Assembly (NCBI GenBank): GCA_040266055.1
Contig: JBDQFC010000011.1
Location: 4,377 to 68,376 of the forward strand
DNA: 64,000 bases
DNA from: Candidatus Nanopelagicales bacterium
GTDB taxonomy: Bacteria > Actinomycetota > Actinomycetes > S36-B12
Direction of reading: 5' to 3'
Below the pieces are notes generated by a model that was not told the DNA's origin, searched no databases, and worked only from the letters and a program-made list of their open reading frames with translations. The position numbers and the translations under genes are program-made. Shown here in pieces: positions 9,470-18,876 of the stretch; the first letter of the stretch is position 1, and each line of letters opens with the position of its first letter.

Positions 9470-10603
9470 CTAGGAGTTGTCGTCGGGGACCAGCCAAGAG
9501 GGACGGACCATGACCGGGTCCCAGCCCTCGACCTGGTCGGGCCTGCGGGGCTTGGGTCCGACGTAGCGAGCGGAGGGCCGGATGAGCCGGCCCGTGCGCT
9601 TTTGCTCCAGGATGTGTGCACTCCATCCGGCGATGCGCGCGCAGGTGAACATGGAGGTGAACATCTGCGGGGGCACCTCGGCGAAGTCCAGAATCACGGC
9701 GGACCAGAACTCGACGTTCGTCTGCAACGGCCGGTCCGGACGACGATCTCGCAGTTGGGTGAGCGCTTCTTGCTCGAGAGCAGCGGCCACCTCGTAGCGC
9801 GGGGCGTTGAGTTGCTTGGCTACATCCCGAAGGATTCGAGCCCGGGGATCCTCGGCACGGTAGACACGATGACCGAAGCCCATGACTCGTTTGTCGGCAT
9901 CCAAGGTTTGCCGCACGACGGCAGCAGGGTCGTCGGTTTCTTCTGCAGCATCGATCATCGACAGCACGCGCGCTGGTGCACCGCCGTGCAAAGGCCCACT
10001 CATGGTGCCAATAGCACCGGAAATGGCTGCGGCGACGTCCGCGCCGGTCGAGGCGCTCACGCGGGCGGTGAGGGTCGAGGCGTTCAGACCGTGTTCGGCG
10101 GCCACGACGAAGTAGGAGTCGATGGCCTCGACGTGACGGGGATCGGGTTCACCACGCCAGCGGATCATGAAGCGCTCGACCACGGTGTTCGCCTGATCGA
10201 TCTCTGCCTGCGGCACCATCGGCTGCCCAAGACCGCGCGCTGACTGCGCTACGAACGACAGCGCCATCACCGAGACGTGCGCGAGGTTCTCGCGGGCCGT
10301 TACGTCATCGATATCCAAGATCGGCTGCAGACCCCACGCTGGTGCGAGCATCGCGATCGCTGATTGGACATCGACGCGAACGTCGCCAGAGTGGATCGGG
10401 ATGGGGAACGGTTCGGCTGGCGGGATGCCGGGGTTGAACTCACCATCGACAAGCAATCCCCAGACATTGCCGAAGGAGACCCGGCCGACTAGGTCCGCGA
10501 CGTCCACACCGCGGTAGCGCAGTGCGCCCCCCTCGCGATCAGGCTCGGCGATTTGCGTTTCGAAGGCGACCACGCCCTCGAGTCCTGGCACGAATTCCCG
10601 CAT
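9470..10603 (-). CDS. citA: Citrate synthase 2
   Basis: PGLEGV, AEHGLNAST, GPLHGGA, MGFGHRVY and NVEFW. GGAGG Shine-Dalgarno before ATG 10603. Confidence 0.93.
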   Translation of the reverse strand: MREFVPGLEGVVAFETQIAEPDREGGALRYRGVDVADLVGRVSFGNVWGLLVDGEFNPGIPPAEPFPIPIHSGDVRVDVQSAIAMLAPAWGLQPILDIDDVTARENLAHVSVMALSFVAQSARGLGQPMVPQAEIDQANTVVERFMIRWRGEPDPRHVEAIDSYFVVAAEHGLNASTLTARVSASTGADVAAAISGAIGTMSGPLHGGAPARVLSMIDAAEETDDPAAVVRQTLDADKRVMGFGHRVYRAEDPRARILRDVAKQLNAPRYEVAAALEQEALTQLRDRRPDRPLQTNVEFWSAVILDFAEVPPQMFTSMFTCARIAGWSAHILEQKRTGRLIRPSARYVGPKPRRPDQVEGWDPVMVRPSWLVPDDNS

Positions 10604-10663
10604 TACTTCCTCCAGTATCGAGGTGACCATTCAACACCTCCGAATCCATGATGGGATGCCGGT

Positions 10664-11344
10664 ATGCAAACTCCGGCGAATCCACCCCTGGATCCAGCGG
10701 CAATGCGGGTTTCCTACGCCGAAGGAACCCTGGAGGCCTCTGATCTCGCGGACACACCGCTCGAGCAGTTCCACGACTGGTTCATAACGGCAACCCAGGA
10801 CGATCGAATCGTCGAGCCCAACGCAATGGTCGTCGCCACCGCGGACGCGTTTGGTGTGCCGAGTTCTCGGACGGTGTTGCTTAAGGGAGTCGACGAGCGC
10901 GGGTTCACGTTCTTCACCAACCTCCGATCGCAGAAGTCGCGCGAGCTACAAGCCAATCCGAATGTCTCGGCAACGTTTCCCTGGTACGCGCTGCATCGGC
11001 AGGTGGTGGTGTGTGGTGTGGCCGAAGAGATCTCGCGCGAGGAAACACTTGCGTATTTTCGATCCCGTCCTCACGAGTCCCAACTTGGTGCGTGGGCGAG
11101 CGAGCAATCGACGGTGATCGACTCCCGGGACATTCTTGATGAAACGTGGGCGTCGTTGCATGATCAGTACCCGCCGGGAAGCGAGGTTCCACTGCCCGAA
11201 CAGTGGGGTGGATGGTTGATTCGACCCACCAGTATCGAGTTCTGGCAGGGCCGCCCGTCACGTCTTCATGACAGGTTGCGGTTCCGAGGTGGTGGTGTGC
11301 TCACCGAGTCGGCTTCCTGGACGGTGGAGCGGGTATCGCCGTGA
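10664..11344 (+). CDS. pdxH: Pyridoxamine 5'-phosphate oxidase
   Basis: EPNAM, RTVLLK, YFRSRP..SQLGAWAS and EFWQGRPSRLHDR. Confidence 0.95.
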   Translation: MQTPANPPLDPAAMRVSYAEGTLEASDLADTPLEQFHDWFITATQDDRIVEPNAMVVATADAFGVPSSRTVLLKGVDERGFTFFTNLRSQKSRELQANPNVSATFPWYALHRQVVVCGVAEEISREETLAYFRSRPHESQLGAWASEQSTVIDSRDILDETWASLHDQYPPGSEVPLPEQWGGWLIRPTSIEFWQGRPSRLHDRLRFRGGGVLTESASWTVERVSP

Positions 11345-11348
11345 GTGG

Positions 11349-11603
11349 CTAGTTGGTGCGTCGACGGACTTCGTTGGCGACCGCGATGGTGACGAGCTCG
11401 TCCATCGTTATGTCTGATTCCTTCGTCAGCTGACGCATCTGCTTGCGCAACTTCTTGGGAATACGCGCTTCAATCGTGACCTTTTTGCCCTCGAGGACTG
11501 AATCACCGGTACTAGCTGGAGCCACGTGGGTTGTCGGGTGAACGTCGGCATCTGCTGCTTTACGCAGGGCCGGTCGAGGCGTGGGATCGAAAGCCGGGCT
11601 CAT
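11349..11603 (-). CDS. Small protein (84 aa) with predicted C-terminal ribbon-helix-helix domain
   Basis: ATG 11603 overlaps the parA stop (ATGA) and has an AGGAGG Shine-Dalgarno. C-terminus VTIEARIPKKLRKQMRQLT..SDITMDELVTIAV fits an RHH pattern. Confidence 0.65.
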   Translation of the reverse strand: MSPAFDPTPRPALRKAADADVHPTTHVAPASTGDSVLEGKKVTIEARIPKKLRKQMRQLTKESDITMDELVTIAVANEVRRRTN

Positions 11604-12367
11604 CGGATTCCTCCTGGAAAGAGTCGATCGAGAAGTGAGTCGAACAGTTCGGAGAGTTCGCGTCCGGCCGGTGAGTCCCACGCATGGATCGGCATACCGG
11701 CGCCCTCGGCCTGCGCGATGGCGTTGCGCTCGGGGATTTCGATGTCGCTGACCTGACGATCGAATACATCGCGAAGTTCGGCCGCGCGATTGCGATGTTC
11801 GGCCACAGTGCTCCGCATGCGGTTTAGCACGATCGTGGGTGGCTGCAACGTTCGGTTGCTTGATTCGCGGACCAGGTCAATTGCTTCGACCGCCTGCTGG
11901 GCTCCCCGCAGCGCGAAGTAGCCGGGTTCGGTAACGACAAGTGCTTTCGATGCGGCATGCAGTGCGTTGCGACTCATTTCACCCAGTGAGGGCGGGCAGT
12001 CGACGACGACGAGGTCGTATCGGTGTCCAACTCCGCCAAGGATGGTGCGCAGACGCTGTTCGGATCCCGCAGCGGCTTCGGCGACTCGGTGCTCGAGGGC
12101 AGGCTCGGACGGAAGAACGTCGGTGCCTCTGCCCCACGCGCTGGGCACGATCGCTTCTGCAGCGACTCCGGGCCGTCCATCGGCAAGCGCATCGCCCACC
12201 GTCAAGGCCGGGTCGAGGATGCCGACACCCATTGAGGCGTTGGCTTGCGGATCGAGATCAACGACGAGGGTGCGCCAGTGCCGGTTCCACGCAGCACTTG
12301 CCAGTCCCAGGGCGACGGTGGTTTTTCCGACGCCGCCCTTCATGGACAACACGGCGACTGTGGGCAC
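11600..12367 (-). CDS. ParA/MinD-family ATPase
   Basis: Deviant Walker A KGGVGKTT, VVDLDPQANAS and YDLVVVDCPPSLG. Leaderless TAGGGT-N6-GTG. Confidence 0.9.
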   Translation of the reverse strand: MPTVAVLSMKGGVGKTTVALGLASAAWNRHWRTLVVDLDPQANASMGVGILDPALTVGDALADGRPGVAAEAIVPSAWGRGTDVLPSEPALEHRVAEAAAGSEQRLRTILGGVGHRYDLVVVDCPPSLGEMSRNALHAASKALVVTEPGYFALRGAQQAVEAIDLVRESSNRTLQPPTIVLNRMRSTVAEHRNRAAELRDVFDRQVSDIEIPERNAIAQAEGAGMPIHAWDSPAGRELSELFDSLLDRLFPGGIR

Positions 12368-12402
12368 GAGGGCACCCTACGTGTCCACAGTGAACAGGTG
12401 AA

Positions 12403-13170
12403 TCAGTCCGTGTCGAGTGCAGCCACGTAAAAGCCGTAGCCGTAGTGGTCTCGGTAGGTACCGAAGAGTTCGATCTCCCGCCGTTCGGCGTCGACGATCT
12501 CCGAGGCGATCGAGTTGCCTTCGTGGCGTGCCAGGAAATCGTCGAGGCGTTGCTCCATGGGTTGGTAGTAATGCTCTTTCCACGCGGACTCAGACAAGAT
12601 GAAGTACCCGCGAAGTGACAGGCCGTTTTCCTGCAGGATCGCGATCTTTGTAGCGGCGGTGTCGATCTCCGGGTACTCCCGGCTCCAATAGTCGTCGATC
12701 TCGGCCGGTCGGTTCGAGGTGAGCCAGGTGATCTCGGAGATAGCCATGACGCCTCCTGGGCGCAGAAGCCGCTTCCACGCGGTTACTGCAGACGCAAAGC
12801 CCATGTTGTAGGCAGCACCCTCGGACCAAACGACGTCGAACGAGGCATCGGGGAAAGGAAGGTCGGTCATATCGGCTTCGACTGTGGTGATCCGGTTGCT
12901 GAGTCCGAGGGCAGATGCTTGCTGTTCCAGGCGCGCAAGAAACTGCGGGAAGAGGTCAACCGCGGTGACCGTTGCGTTGAAATCCCGAGCCAGTGCGATA
13001 GCTGATGCGCCGGTCCCGCATCCGATATCGATGATGTCGGGCCCACTCGCGGCCAGTCGTCCAGAGTCGATTCCAGCCAACCGGGCGGCGAGCTCAAGGT
13101 CTGCAGGGGACCCTGGCCCTTGTCGCTCGGCATCGACATGGAAGTCGATGAGCAATTCCAGTTCATCCAC
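12403..13170 (-). CDS. Class I SAM-dependent methyltransferase
   Basis: RQGPGS, IDIGCGTG and FDVVWSEGA. Confidence 0.85.
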   Translation of the reverse strand: MDELELLIDFHVDAERQGPGSPADLELAARLAGIDSGRLAASGPDIIDIGCGTGASAIALARDFNATVTAVDLFPQFLARLEQQASALGLSNRITTVEADMTDLPFPDASFDVVWSEGAAYNMGFASAVTAWKRLLRPGGVMAISEITWLTSNRPAEIDDYWSREYPEIDTAATKIAILQENGLSLRGYFILSESAWKEHYYQPMEQRLDDFLARHEGNSIASEIVDAERREIELFGTYRDHYGYGFYVAALDTD

Positions 13171-13178
13171 TGGACTTG

Positions 13179-14534
13179 CTATCCCTTCTTGATCGCTGCG
13201 AAGTCTGCGAGTGCGACTTCGCGCTCGGCTTTGTGATTGACGATTGGTTCCGGGTAGCCCTGGTCATAGCCGCCGAGGACATCCCAGGGTTCGTGTGCGG
13301 CTTTACCCGGCAGATGACGCAGCTCAGGAATGTAGGTGCGCACGTAATCGCCATTGGGATCGAACTTCAAGCCCTGTGAGATCGGGTTGAAAACGCGGTA
13401 GAACGGTGATGCATCCGTTCCACATCCGGCTGTCCATTGCCAGCCATGGGTATTGCTGGCGACGTCGCCGTCGCGCAACCAGCGCATGAACTCTGCCGCA
13501 CCTCTTTGCCAGGGTTGGTGCAGGTCCTTAACTAGAAAACTTGCGACCACCATGCGCACGCGGTTGTGCATCCAACCTTCTGCCCGCAGCTGTCGCATGC
13601 CCGCATCGACGAACGGAAAACCCGTCCGACCTTCGGCCCAGGCGGCAAAGGCGTCGTCGTCGTTCGTCCAACGCATCATCGAGTCATATCTCGTATCCAA
13701 GGACGCGCGGACGGAGTCTGGTTGTTGGTGCAGCACATCCGCGTAGAACTCGCGCCAACAGATCTCACGGCGAAAGCCATCGTCACGATCACTCAACTCT
13801 GCGAGGATCGAACGCGGATGGATCTCTCCGTACTTCAGGTGGTGGCTCATCGCACTCGTGCCATCAAGATCAGGTCTGTTTCGGGTTTCGTCGTAGTCGG
13901 CGAGGACCTCTGCTCGAACGAACTCCCAGCGCTTCCAGGCCGCGTCCTCACCGGCCTCGGGGAGTTCGATGGTCAACCCTTCGACCGCCGGTCGACCCTG
14001 ACACTCCAGCGGCATCCACCAATCGATGTCTGCCGGGGGATCGTCCGCAGGCGCGCGCCAGCCGTGCGACATCCAGGCACGGTAAAACGGCGTGAAGACC
14101 CGGTAGGGCGTTCCGTCGCCCTTGGTAACTCGTCCGGGAGCCACCGCGTACGGAGAGCCGGTTCGGGTGAGAGGAACGCCGATGGCCTCAAGCGCCTGTT
14201 CTACGGCGGTGTCTCGCGCGGATCCGTAAGGGCCGAAGTCCGCGGCGATGTGCACGCTCGTGGCCCCGGCTGCGCGGGCGACCTCCGGGACGACCTCCAC
14301 CGGATCACCGTGACGGATCAGCAGCTGCCGATCGATCGAGGCGCCGAGCCGATCAAGGGAGGCCACCAAGTAGCCGTGTCGGACGGGTCCCGCCGGATCC
14401 CACAAGACCGGGTCGATGACGAACAGGGGAACGACGCGTCCGTCTCCACTGTCGCGCGCTTCGGTCACTGCCGCGAGGAGGGCGGGATTGTCGAAAAGTC
14501 GAAGGTCGCGTCGGAACCACAAGACGGTTGGCAC
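13179..14534 (-). CDS. phr: Deoxyribodipyrimidine photolyase (class I CPD type)
   Basis: VLWFRRDLRL.DNPAL, YRVFTPF, WREFY, GRTGFPFVDAGMRQL, GWMHNRVRM and RVFNP. Leaderless TACCGT-N6-GTG. Confidence 0.93.
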   Translation of the reverse strand: MPTVLWFRRDLRLFDNPALLAAVTEARDSGDGRVVPLFVIDPVLWDPAGPVRHGYLVASLDRLGASIDRQLLIRHGDPVEVVPEVARAAGATSVHIAADFGPYGSARDTAVEQALEAIGVPLTRTGSPYAVAPGRVTKGDGTPYRVFTPFYRAWMSHGWRAPADDPPADIDWWMPLECQGRPAVEGLTIELPEAGEDAAWKRWEFVRAEVLADYDETRNRPDLDGTSAMSHHLKYGEIHPRSILAELSDRDDGFRREICWREFYADVLHQQPDSVRASLDTRYDSMMRWTNDDDAFAAWAEGRTGFPFVDAGMRQLRAEGWMHNRVRMVVASFLVKDLHQPWQRGAAEFMRWLRDGDVASNTHGWQWTAGCGTDASPFYRVFNPISQGLKFDPNGDYVRTYIPELRHLPGKAAHEPWDVLGGYDQGYPEPIVNHKAEREVALADFAAIKKG

Positions 14535-14600
14535 TGGAAAACGGTAGGCCGTTCGCGACGCGAGCGCAGAGCGGGGAGTGTCGTCCCCCGGTACGGTTAC

Positions 14601-14619
14601 CAAGGTAAGGCTGACCTCA
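14601..14619. promoter_or_regulatory. IdeR/DtxR iron box
   Basis: CAAGGTAAGGCTGACCTCA matches the consensus TWAGGTWAGSCTWACCTWA at 16 of 19 positions. Lies 41 bp upstream of ideR. Confidence 0.75.
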
Positions 14620-14660
14620 TCTCAATGAGGGCGCAGATTCGACAGGGCCCAGGGAGCACC

Positions 14661-15353
14661 GTGAGCGATCTCATCGACACCACGGAGATGTACCTGCGGA
14701 CCATCTACGAACTCCGCGAAGAGGGGATCACCCCAATGCGCGCCCGGATCGCCGAACGGCTCGGGCAAAGTGGTCCCACTGTCTCCCAGACGGTCGCCCG
14801 AATGGAGCGCGACGGACTCGTCACTGTGGACTCCGACCGTCACCTCGAGTTGACCGGGGTCGGGGAGCAGCAGGCTGTTCGGGTGATGCGCAAGCACCGG
14901 CTCGCCGAATGCATGCTGGTGGAAGTTTTGAAGATGCCGTGGGAGGACGTGCATGCAGAAGCCTGTCGGTGGGAGCACGTGATGAGCGATGCGGTGGAGC
15001 GCAAGATCCTCGAACTTCTCGATCACCCGACTGTGAGCCCGTACGGCAACCCAATCCCGGGCCTTGGTGAACTCGATCCCGAGGCGAGCGACGTCGTCGA
15101 AGGCCTGGGCGGACTCGTTCCCCTGCCCGACGCGCTGACCGAAGAGGCGAAGCGGATCCGGGTACGGCGGCTCGCGGAGACTTTGCAGACGGATGAAGAC
15201 GCCATGCTCAAACTCCGGCGGGTGGGCGCGATGCCCGGAGCGGACGTCAAGGCGCACGTGGTTGGTCAAGCGGTGACCATCGGCAGCGCCGGTGAGTATG
15301 TGGAGTTGTCCGTCGATGATGCGCGCCACATCCTCGTTGAAGCCCGGACCTGA
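14661..15353 (+). CDS. ideR: Iron-dependent repressor IdeR/DtxR
   Basis: LIDTTEMYLRTIY, QSGPTVSQTVARMERDG, VMRKHRLAE and HAEACRWEHVMS. Confidence 0.95.
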   Translation: MSDLIDTTEMYLRTIYELREEGITPMRARIAERLGQSGPTVSQTVARMERDGLVTVDSDRHLELTGVGEQQAVRVMRKHRLAECMLVEVLKMPWEDVHAEACRWEHVMSDAVERKILELLDHPTVSPYGNPIPGLGELDPEASDVVEGLGGLVPLPDALTEEAKRIRVRRLAETLQTDEDAMLKLRRVGAMPGADVKAHVVGQAVTIGSAGEYVELSVDDARHILVEART

Positions 15354-15357
15354 CCCG

Positions 15358-16128
15358 ATGGAAATGCCGTCGTCGTTGTCCGTTGCTGGCCGAACTGCAT
15401 TGGTGACCGGTGGTGGATCTGGCATCGGTCGCGCGTGCGCGCTCGCCCTTGCCGAGCGCGGTGCGAAGGTTTTCGTCCTCGGACGAACGCAGGAGACCCT
15501 GAATGCAACGCGAGAGTTGGCGGCTCCGGGAACCATCGAGACGATCATCGCCGATGTCCGCGAGAGCGAGCAGGTTGATGACGCACTCGCGCGGATTACT
15601 GGTGAGGCTCCATTGGACATCTTGGTCAACAACGCGGGTGGGCAGTTCATCTCGGCGGCCGAGCAGATCACCCCCAAGGGCTTTCGCGCCGTCATGCGGT
15701 TGAACCTCGATGCCACGTGGTACCTGACAACGCAGGCAGCGTCCCTATCGATGCTGCCGCGCGGCTACGGCAAGGTCGTGTGCATCACGATGACGCCAAG
15801 TCGCGGCATGCCGGGAATGACCCACTCCAGTGCGTCGCGGGCTGCCGTGGAATCGCTGGTGCGTACCTGGGCGGCTGAGTGGGCAACTCGCGGTGTTCGC
15901 GCGGTTGCTGTCGCGCCGGGCATCGTGCACACCGAGGCCATGGAGCGGTACGGCATCGATCCAGCGCAGGTCGCCACGGTGGTGCCGGCTGGACGTCTCC
16001 AAACCCCAGCGGAGGTCGCCGAACTCGTGGCCTTTTGTGCGGCGCCGGCGGGGGACTACATCACCGGCACCACGCTGGTGGCGGACGGCGGCTTGAACGT
16101 TTCCGCGCCGTCGCCGCTTCAGGCGTAG
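15358..16128 (+). CDS. SDR oxidoreductase (trans-2-enoyl-CoA reductase / citronellol dehydrogenase-like)
   Basis: TGGGSGIG and NNAGGQF. HSSASRAA replaces the canonical YxxxK. Confidence 0.8.
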   Translation: MEMPSSLSVAGRTALVTGGGSGIGRACALALAERGAKVFVLGRTQETLNATRELAAPGTIETIIADVRESEQVDDALARITGEAPLDILVNNAGGQFISAAEQITPKGFRAVMRLNLDATWYLTTQAASLSMLPRGYGKVVCITMTPSRGMPGMTHSSASRAAVESLVRTWAAEWATRGVRAVAVAPGIVHTEAMERYGIDPAQVATVVPAGRLQTPAEVAELVAFCAAPAGDYITGTTLVADGGLNVSAPSPLQA

Positions 16129-16134
16129 TTCAAG

Positions 16135-17400
16135 TTAGACGCTAGCCCCGGCCAGGCTCGCGGCCCGGGTGAAGTCCGGACGCAGCGGCATCCCCGAGGA
16201 TCCGCCGGGACCGAGCTTCACACCGAGGGTCTGATGCAACTGGATGGTGTCGAGGTCGAAGCCCAGACGCGAGGCCGCCATGTACAGGCGCCACACGCGG
16301 GCGGTTCCTAGGCCTGCTTCTTCGACTGCCTCGTCCCAGTGGTCTTCGAGGTTCTCGCACCAGTGCTTGAGGGTAAGCGCGTAGTGCTCGCGCAAGTTCT
16401 CCTCGTGGCGGATCTCGAAACCGGCGGAGTTCATCATGCTCATGATGTGCCCGGGGCCAGAGAGTTCACCGTCGGGGAATACGTAACGGTTGATGAAACT
16501 TGTCCGGTAGTGCGTTGGCTCATGATCGTTCGGTCGGGTGATCGTGTGGTTGAGCATCCGACCTTCCTCGCGGAGCTTGCCGTAGAGGAAGGAGAAGTAC
16601 GACGGATAGTTCGCACGCCCGATGTGCTCAGTGAGGCCGATCGAGGAGACGGCATCGAAATCGGACTCGGGCACGTCGCGGTAGTCGCTGAAGCGGATCT
16701 GCGCCTGACCGTTGAGACCGGCGTCGGCGATTGCCTGCTGTCCCCACTCGGCCTGCTGCGCGGACAAGGTCACGCCGATCACGTTGACGCCGTAGTTCTT
16801 TACCGCGTGCAGGACCATGCCGCCCCAGCCACAGCCGACGTCGAGCAGGCGCATGCCTGGCCGGAGTCCAAGCTTTCGGCACACGAGATCGAACTTCTCC
16901 TCCTGTGCGATCTCGAGTGAGGCATCGGCGTCGGGGAACACCGCGCAGGTGTAAGCCATAGATGGTCCAAGCACCCAACGGTAGAAACGGTTGGAGACGT
17001 CGTAGTGATGATGGATCGCCTCGGCATCGCGGCCCTTAGAGTGGCGACGACCCCGTAAGCGACGCTCCTGCGGAGGCGGAGTGGGGCGCTTAATGGCGTG
17101 CGGCCCGAAGGCCTTGGCGATCTCGAGCTTGTCTTTCCACGTCAGATGCGAGGTGTCGAGCGGGTACATACGACTCAGGGCGGTGTAAGCGTCCCCGATG
17201 ATCTCGAGGTCTCCGCTTACGTACGCGCGAGCAAGCCCCAACTGTGATGGCGCTCCTGCGAGGAACTCGACGGCACGCGGGCTGCGGATCTCCAAGATGA
17301 CGTCGTTGTCTTGCGGGCCGGCGGTTGATCCGTCGTAGGCCCGAAAGCTCACCCGACGATCGGGAGTGATGATCTTGGAAAAGGCATCCGCGAGTTTCAT
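16135..17400 (-). CDS. cfa: Cyclopropane/methylene fatty-acyl-phospholipid synthase (Cfa/BfaB/TmsB-like)
   Basis: IHHHYDVSN.FY, MAYTCA, LLDVGCGWGG, SIGLTEHIG and YVFPDGEL. Confidence 0.9.
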   Translation of the reverse strand: MKLADAFSKIITPDRRVSFRAYDGSTAGPQDNDVILEIRSPRAVEFLAGAPSQLGLARAYVSGDLEIIGDAYTALSRMYPLDTSHLTWKDKLEIAKAFGPHAIKRPTPPPQERRLRGRRHSKGRDAEAIHHHYDVSNRFYRWVLGPSMAYTCAVFPDADASLEIAQEEKFDLVCRKLGLRPGMRLLDVGCGWGGMVLHAVKNYGVNVIGVTLSAQQAEWGQQAIADAGLNGQAQIRFSDYRDVPESDFDAVSSIGLTEHIGRANYPSYFSFLYGKLREEGRMLNHTITRPNDHEPTHYRTSFINRYVFPDGELSGPGHIMSMMNSAGFEIRHEENLREHYALTLKHWCENLEDHWDEAVEEAGLGTARVWRLYMAASRLGFDLDTIQLHQTLGVKLGPGGSSGMPLRPDFTRAASLAGASV

Positions 17401-18803
17401 CGCCGTTCCACCACTTTCTCGTAAAGACCCAACAGTCGTCCGTTGGGGTCGTATTCCTTCTTCAAGCGCTCGTAGTCGTCGCCGCCATAGATGGACCAGA
17501 AGAGATCGCGTACGTAAAACGCGGTCGAGTACAAGGATTTGCGTCCGTCTAGTTCAGCGACCTTCTCCTCGATGCGCCGGTTGACGCGTCCTTCCTCGGG
17601 ATCCACGCCCTCGGGCAACGGAACCGTCGACCAGAAGCCGACGTTGACGTACAGCCCATTCGGATCGAACTCGTACAGCGGCCAGCGCACATTCGGATCG
17701 CGCTGCTTCAGCGGGCACACCCAGATCGGTTCGATGCCGACCTCGTCGTGGAAGAAGTCGAGGAACTCAGGAAGAGCGTCAACGGGAACCTCGATGTCTT
17801 GCACAACTTGCTCGCGTGCCGGGCGACGTCGTAGAGCGTCTGATCGGGATGAGACCTTGTACTTGCGGTCGAGAGCGATGAACTTCCAGTAGACGTCACT
17901 GCGCAGTTTCGACTTGGGCCACCACCTACGGATGGTGGGCTTTTGGGTGCCGAACGCCCGAGAGCACCAGAACCAGTCGGTGTCCCAGCGCCAGAGGTAG
18001 TCGTGGATGGTCAGCACGTCCTGCGTCTTGGACTGGATCGATTGGTAGTAGATGTCCATCCCGGTGTAGTCACTGATGGTCAGGCCCTGGGGCAGTTGGC
18101 CGACCATCTCGCCGAGTGTCAGGTACTGCTCGGTAGGAGTGAAGACGGTTCCGTCGAGGAAGTCGACTCGATGACCGTCGTATTCGCCGGCCGCGCTGAT
18201 GTCCTTAATAGCTGCGGTCATCGACTCTGCTGAATCGAAGTGAAGATGGCGCAGGTGAACAAAAGGCTTGGTCGGAGCTAGTTCGATTTTGAGGCGAAGT
18301 GCATATCCGAGGGATCCGTAGGAGTTGGGGAAGCCAAAGAACAGATCGCGGTGTGGATCGTCGTCGTTCGCCGTGATTGTCAGGACCTCGCCATCGCCGG
18401 TGAGGACGTCCATCTCGATAACGGATTCGTGCGGAAGTCCCCACCGGAAGCTCGCGCTCTCGATGCCTAAGCCTGTGACCGCCCCGCCGAGAGTGATCGT
18501 CTTGAGTTGTGGAACGCACAGCGGCATCAGTCCATAGGGCAAAGTTGCCTGGACCAGATGCTCGTAGGTGGTCATGCCGAGGACTTCGGCTGTCTGCTCG
18601 ACCGGATCCACGTTCAGCACGCCGTCGAAGGCGGTGACGTCGAGCCGGCCGACGGTGGAATCGGCGCGCGGACGAAAGAGGTTGGAGGTCTTCTTGGCCA
18701 GCCTCAGGGGCTGGTTAGGGGGCAGTGTCGCCAGTTGGGCGCGCAGGTCGGCGACGAGTGCGTCATACCGAGTGCGCCAGGCCACGGGGGTTTCCACGCT
18801 CAC
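17397..18803 (-). CDS. FAD-binding oxidoreductase (BfaA/TmsA, Rv3719-like)
   Basis: LAKKTSNLFR, VPQLKTITLGGAVTGLGIES, FPNSYGSLGY and WRWDTDWFWCS. ATGA overlap with cfa. Confidence 0.88.
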   Translation of the reverse strand: MSVETPVAWRTRYDALVADLRAQLATLPPNQPLRLAKKTSNLFRPRADSTVGRLDVTAFDGVLNVDPVEQTAEVLGMTTYEHLVQATLPYGLMPLCVPQLKTITLGGAVTGLGIESASFRWGLPHESVIEMDVLTGDGEVLTITANDDDPHRDLFFGFPNSYGSLGYALRLKIELAPTKPFVHLRHLHFDSAESMTAAIKDISAAGEYDGHRVDFLDGTVFTPTEQYLTLGEMVGQLPQGLTISDYTGMDIYYQSIQSKTQDVLTIHDYLWRWDTDWFWCSRAFGTQKPTIRRWWPKSKLRSDVYWKFIALDRKYKVSSRSDALRRRPAREQVVQDIEVPVDALPEFLDFFHDEVGIEPIWVCPLKQRDPNVRWPLYEFDPNGLYVNVGFWSTVPLPEGVDPEEGRVNRRIEEKVAELDGRKSLYSTAFYVRDLFWSIYGGDDYERLKKEYDPNGRLLGLYEKVVERR

Positions 18804-18876
18804 GGCGCACAACCGTAATGCCCCATGAATGGAACCGAACAGGTGATTGGTCACAATTTGACCCACAATGAATGCC

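Noticed and set aside
13566-15353. 595-aa plus-strand ORF that looks like a large IdeR fusion
   Set aside because: The N-terminal part is the antisense shadow of the photolyase. IdeR homology begins at GTG 14661, which has its own Shine-Dalgarno.
14622-15716. 364-aa minus-strand ORF
   Set aside because: Antisense to ideR and the SDR gene, with no recognisable motifs. Typical of high-GC shadow ORFs.
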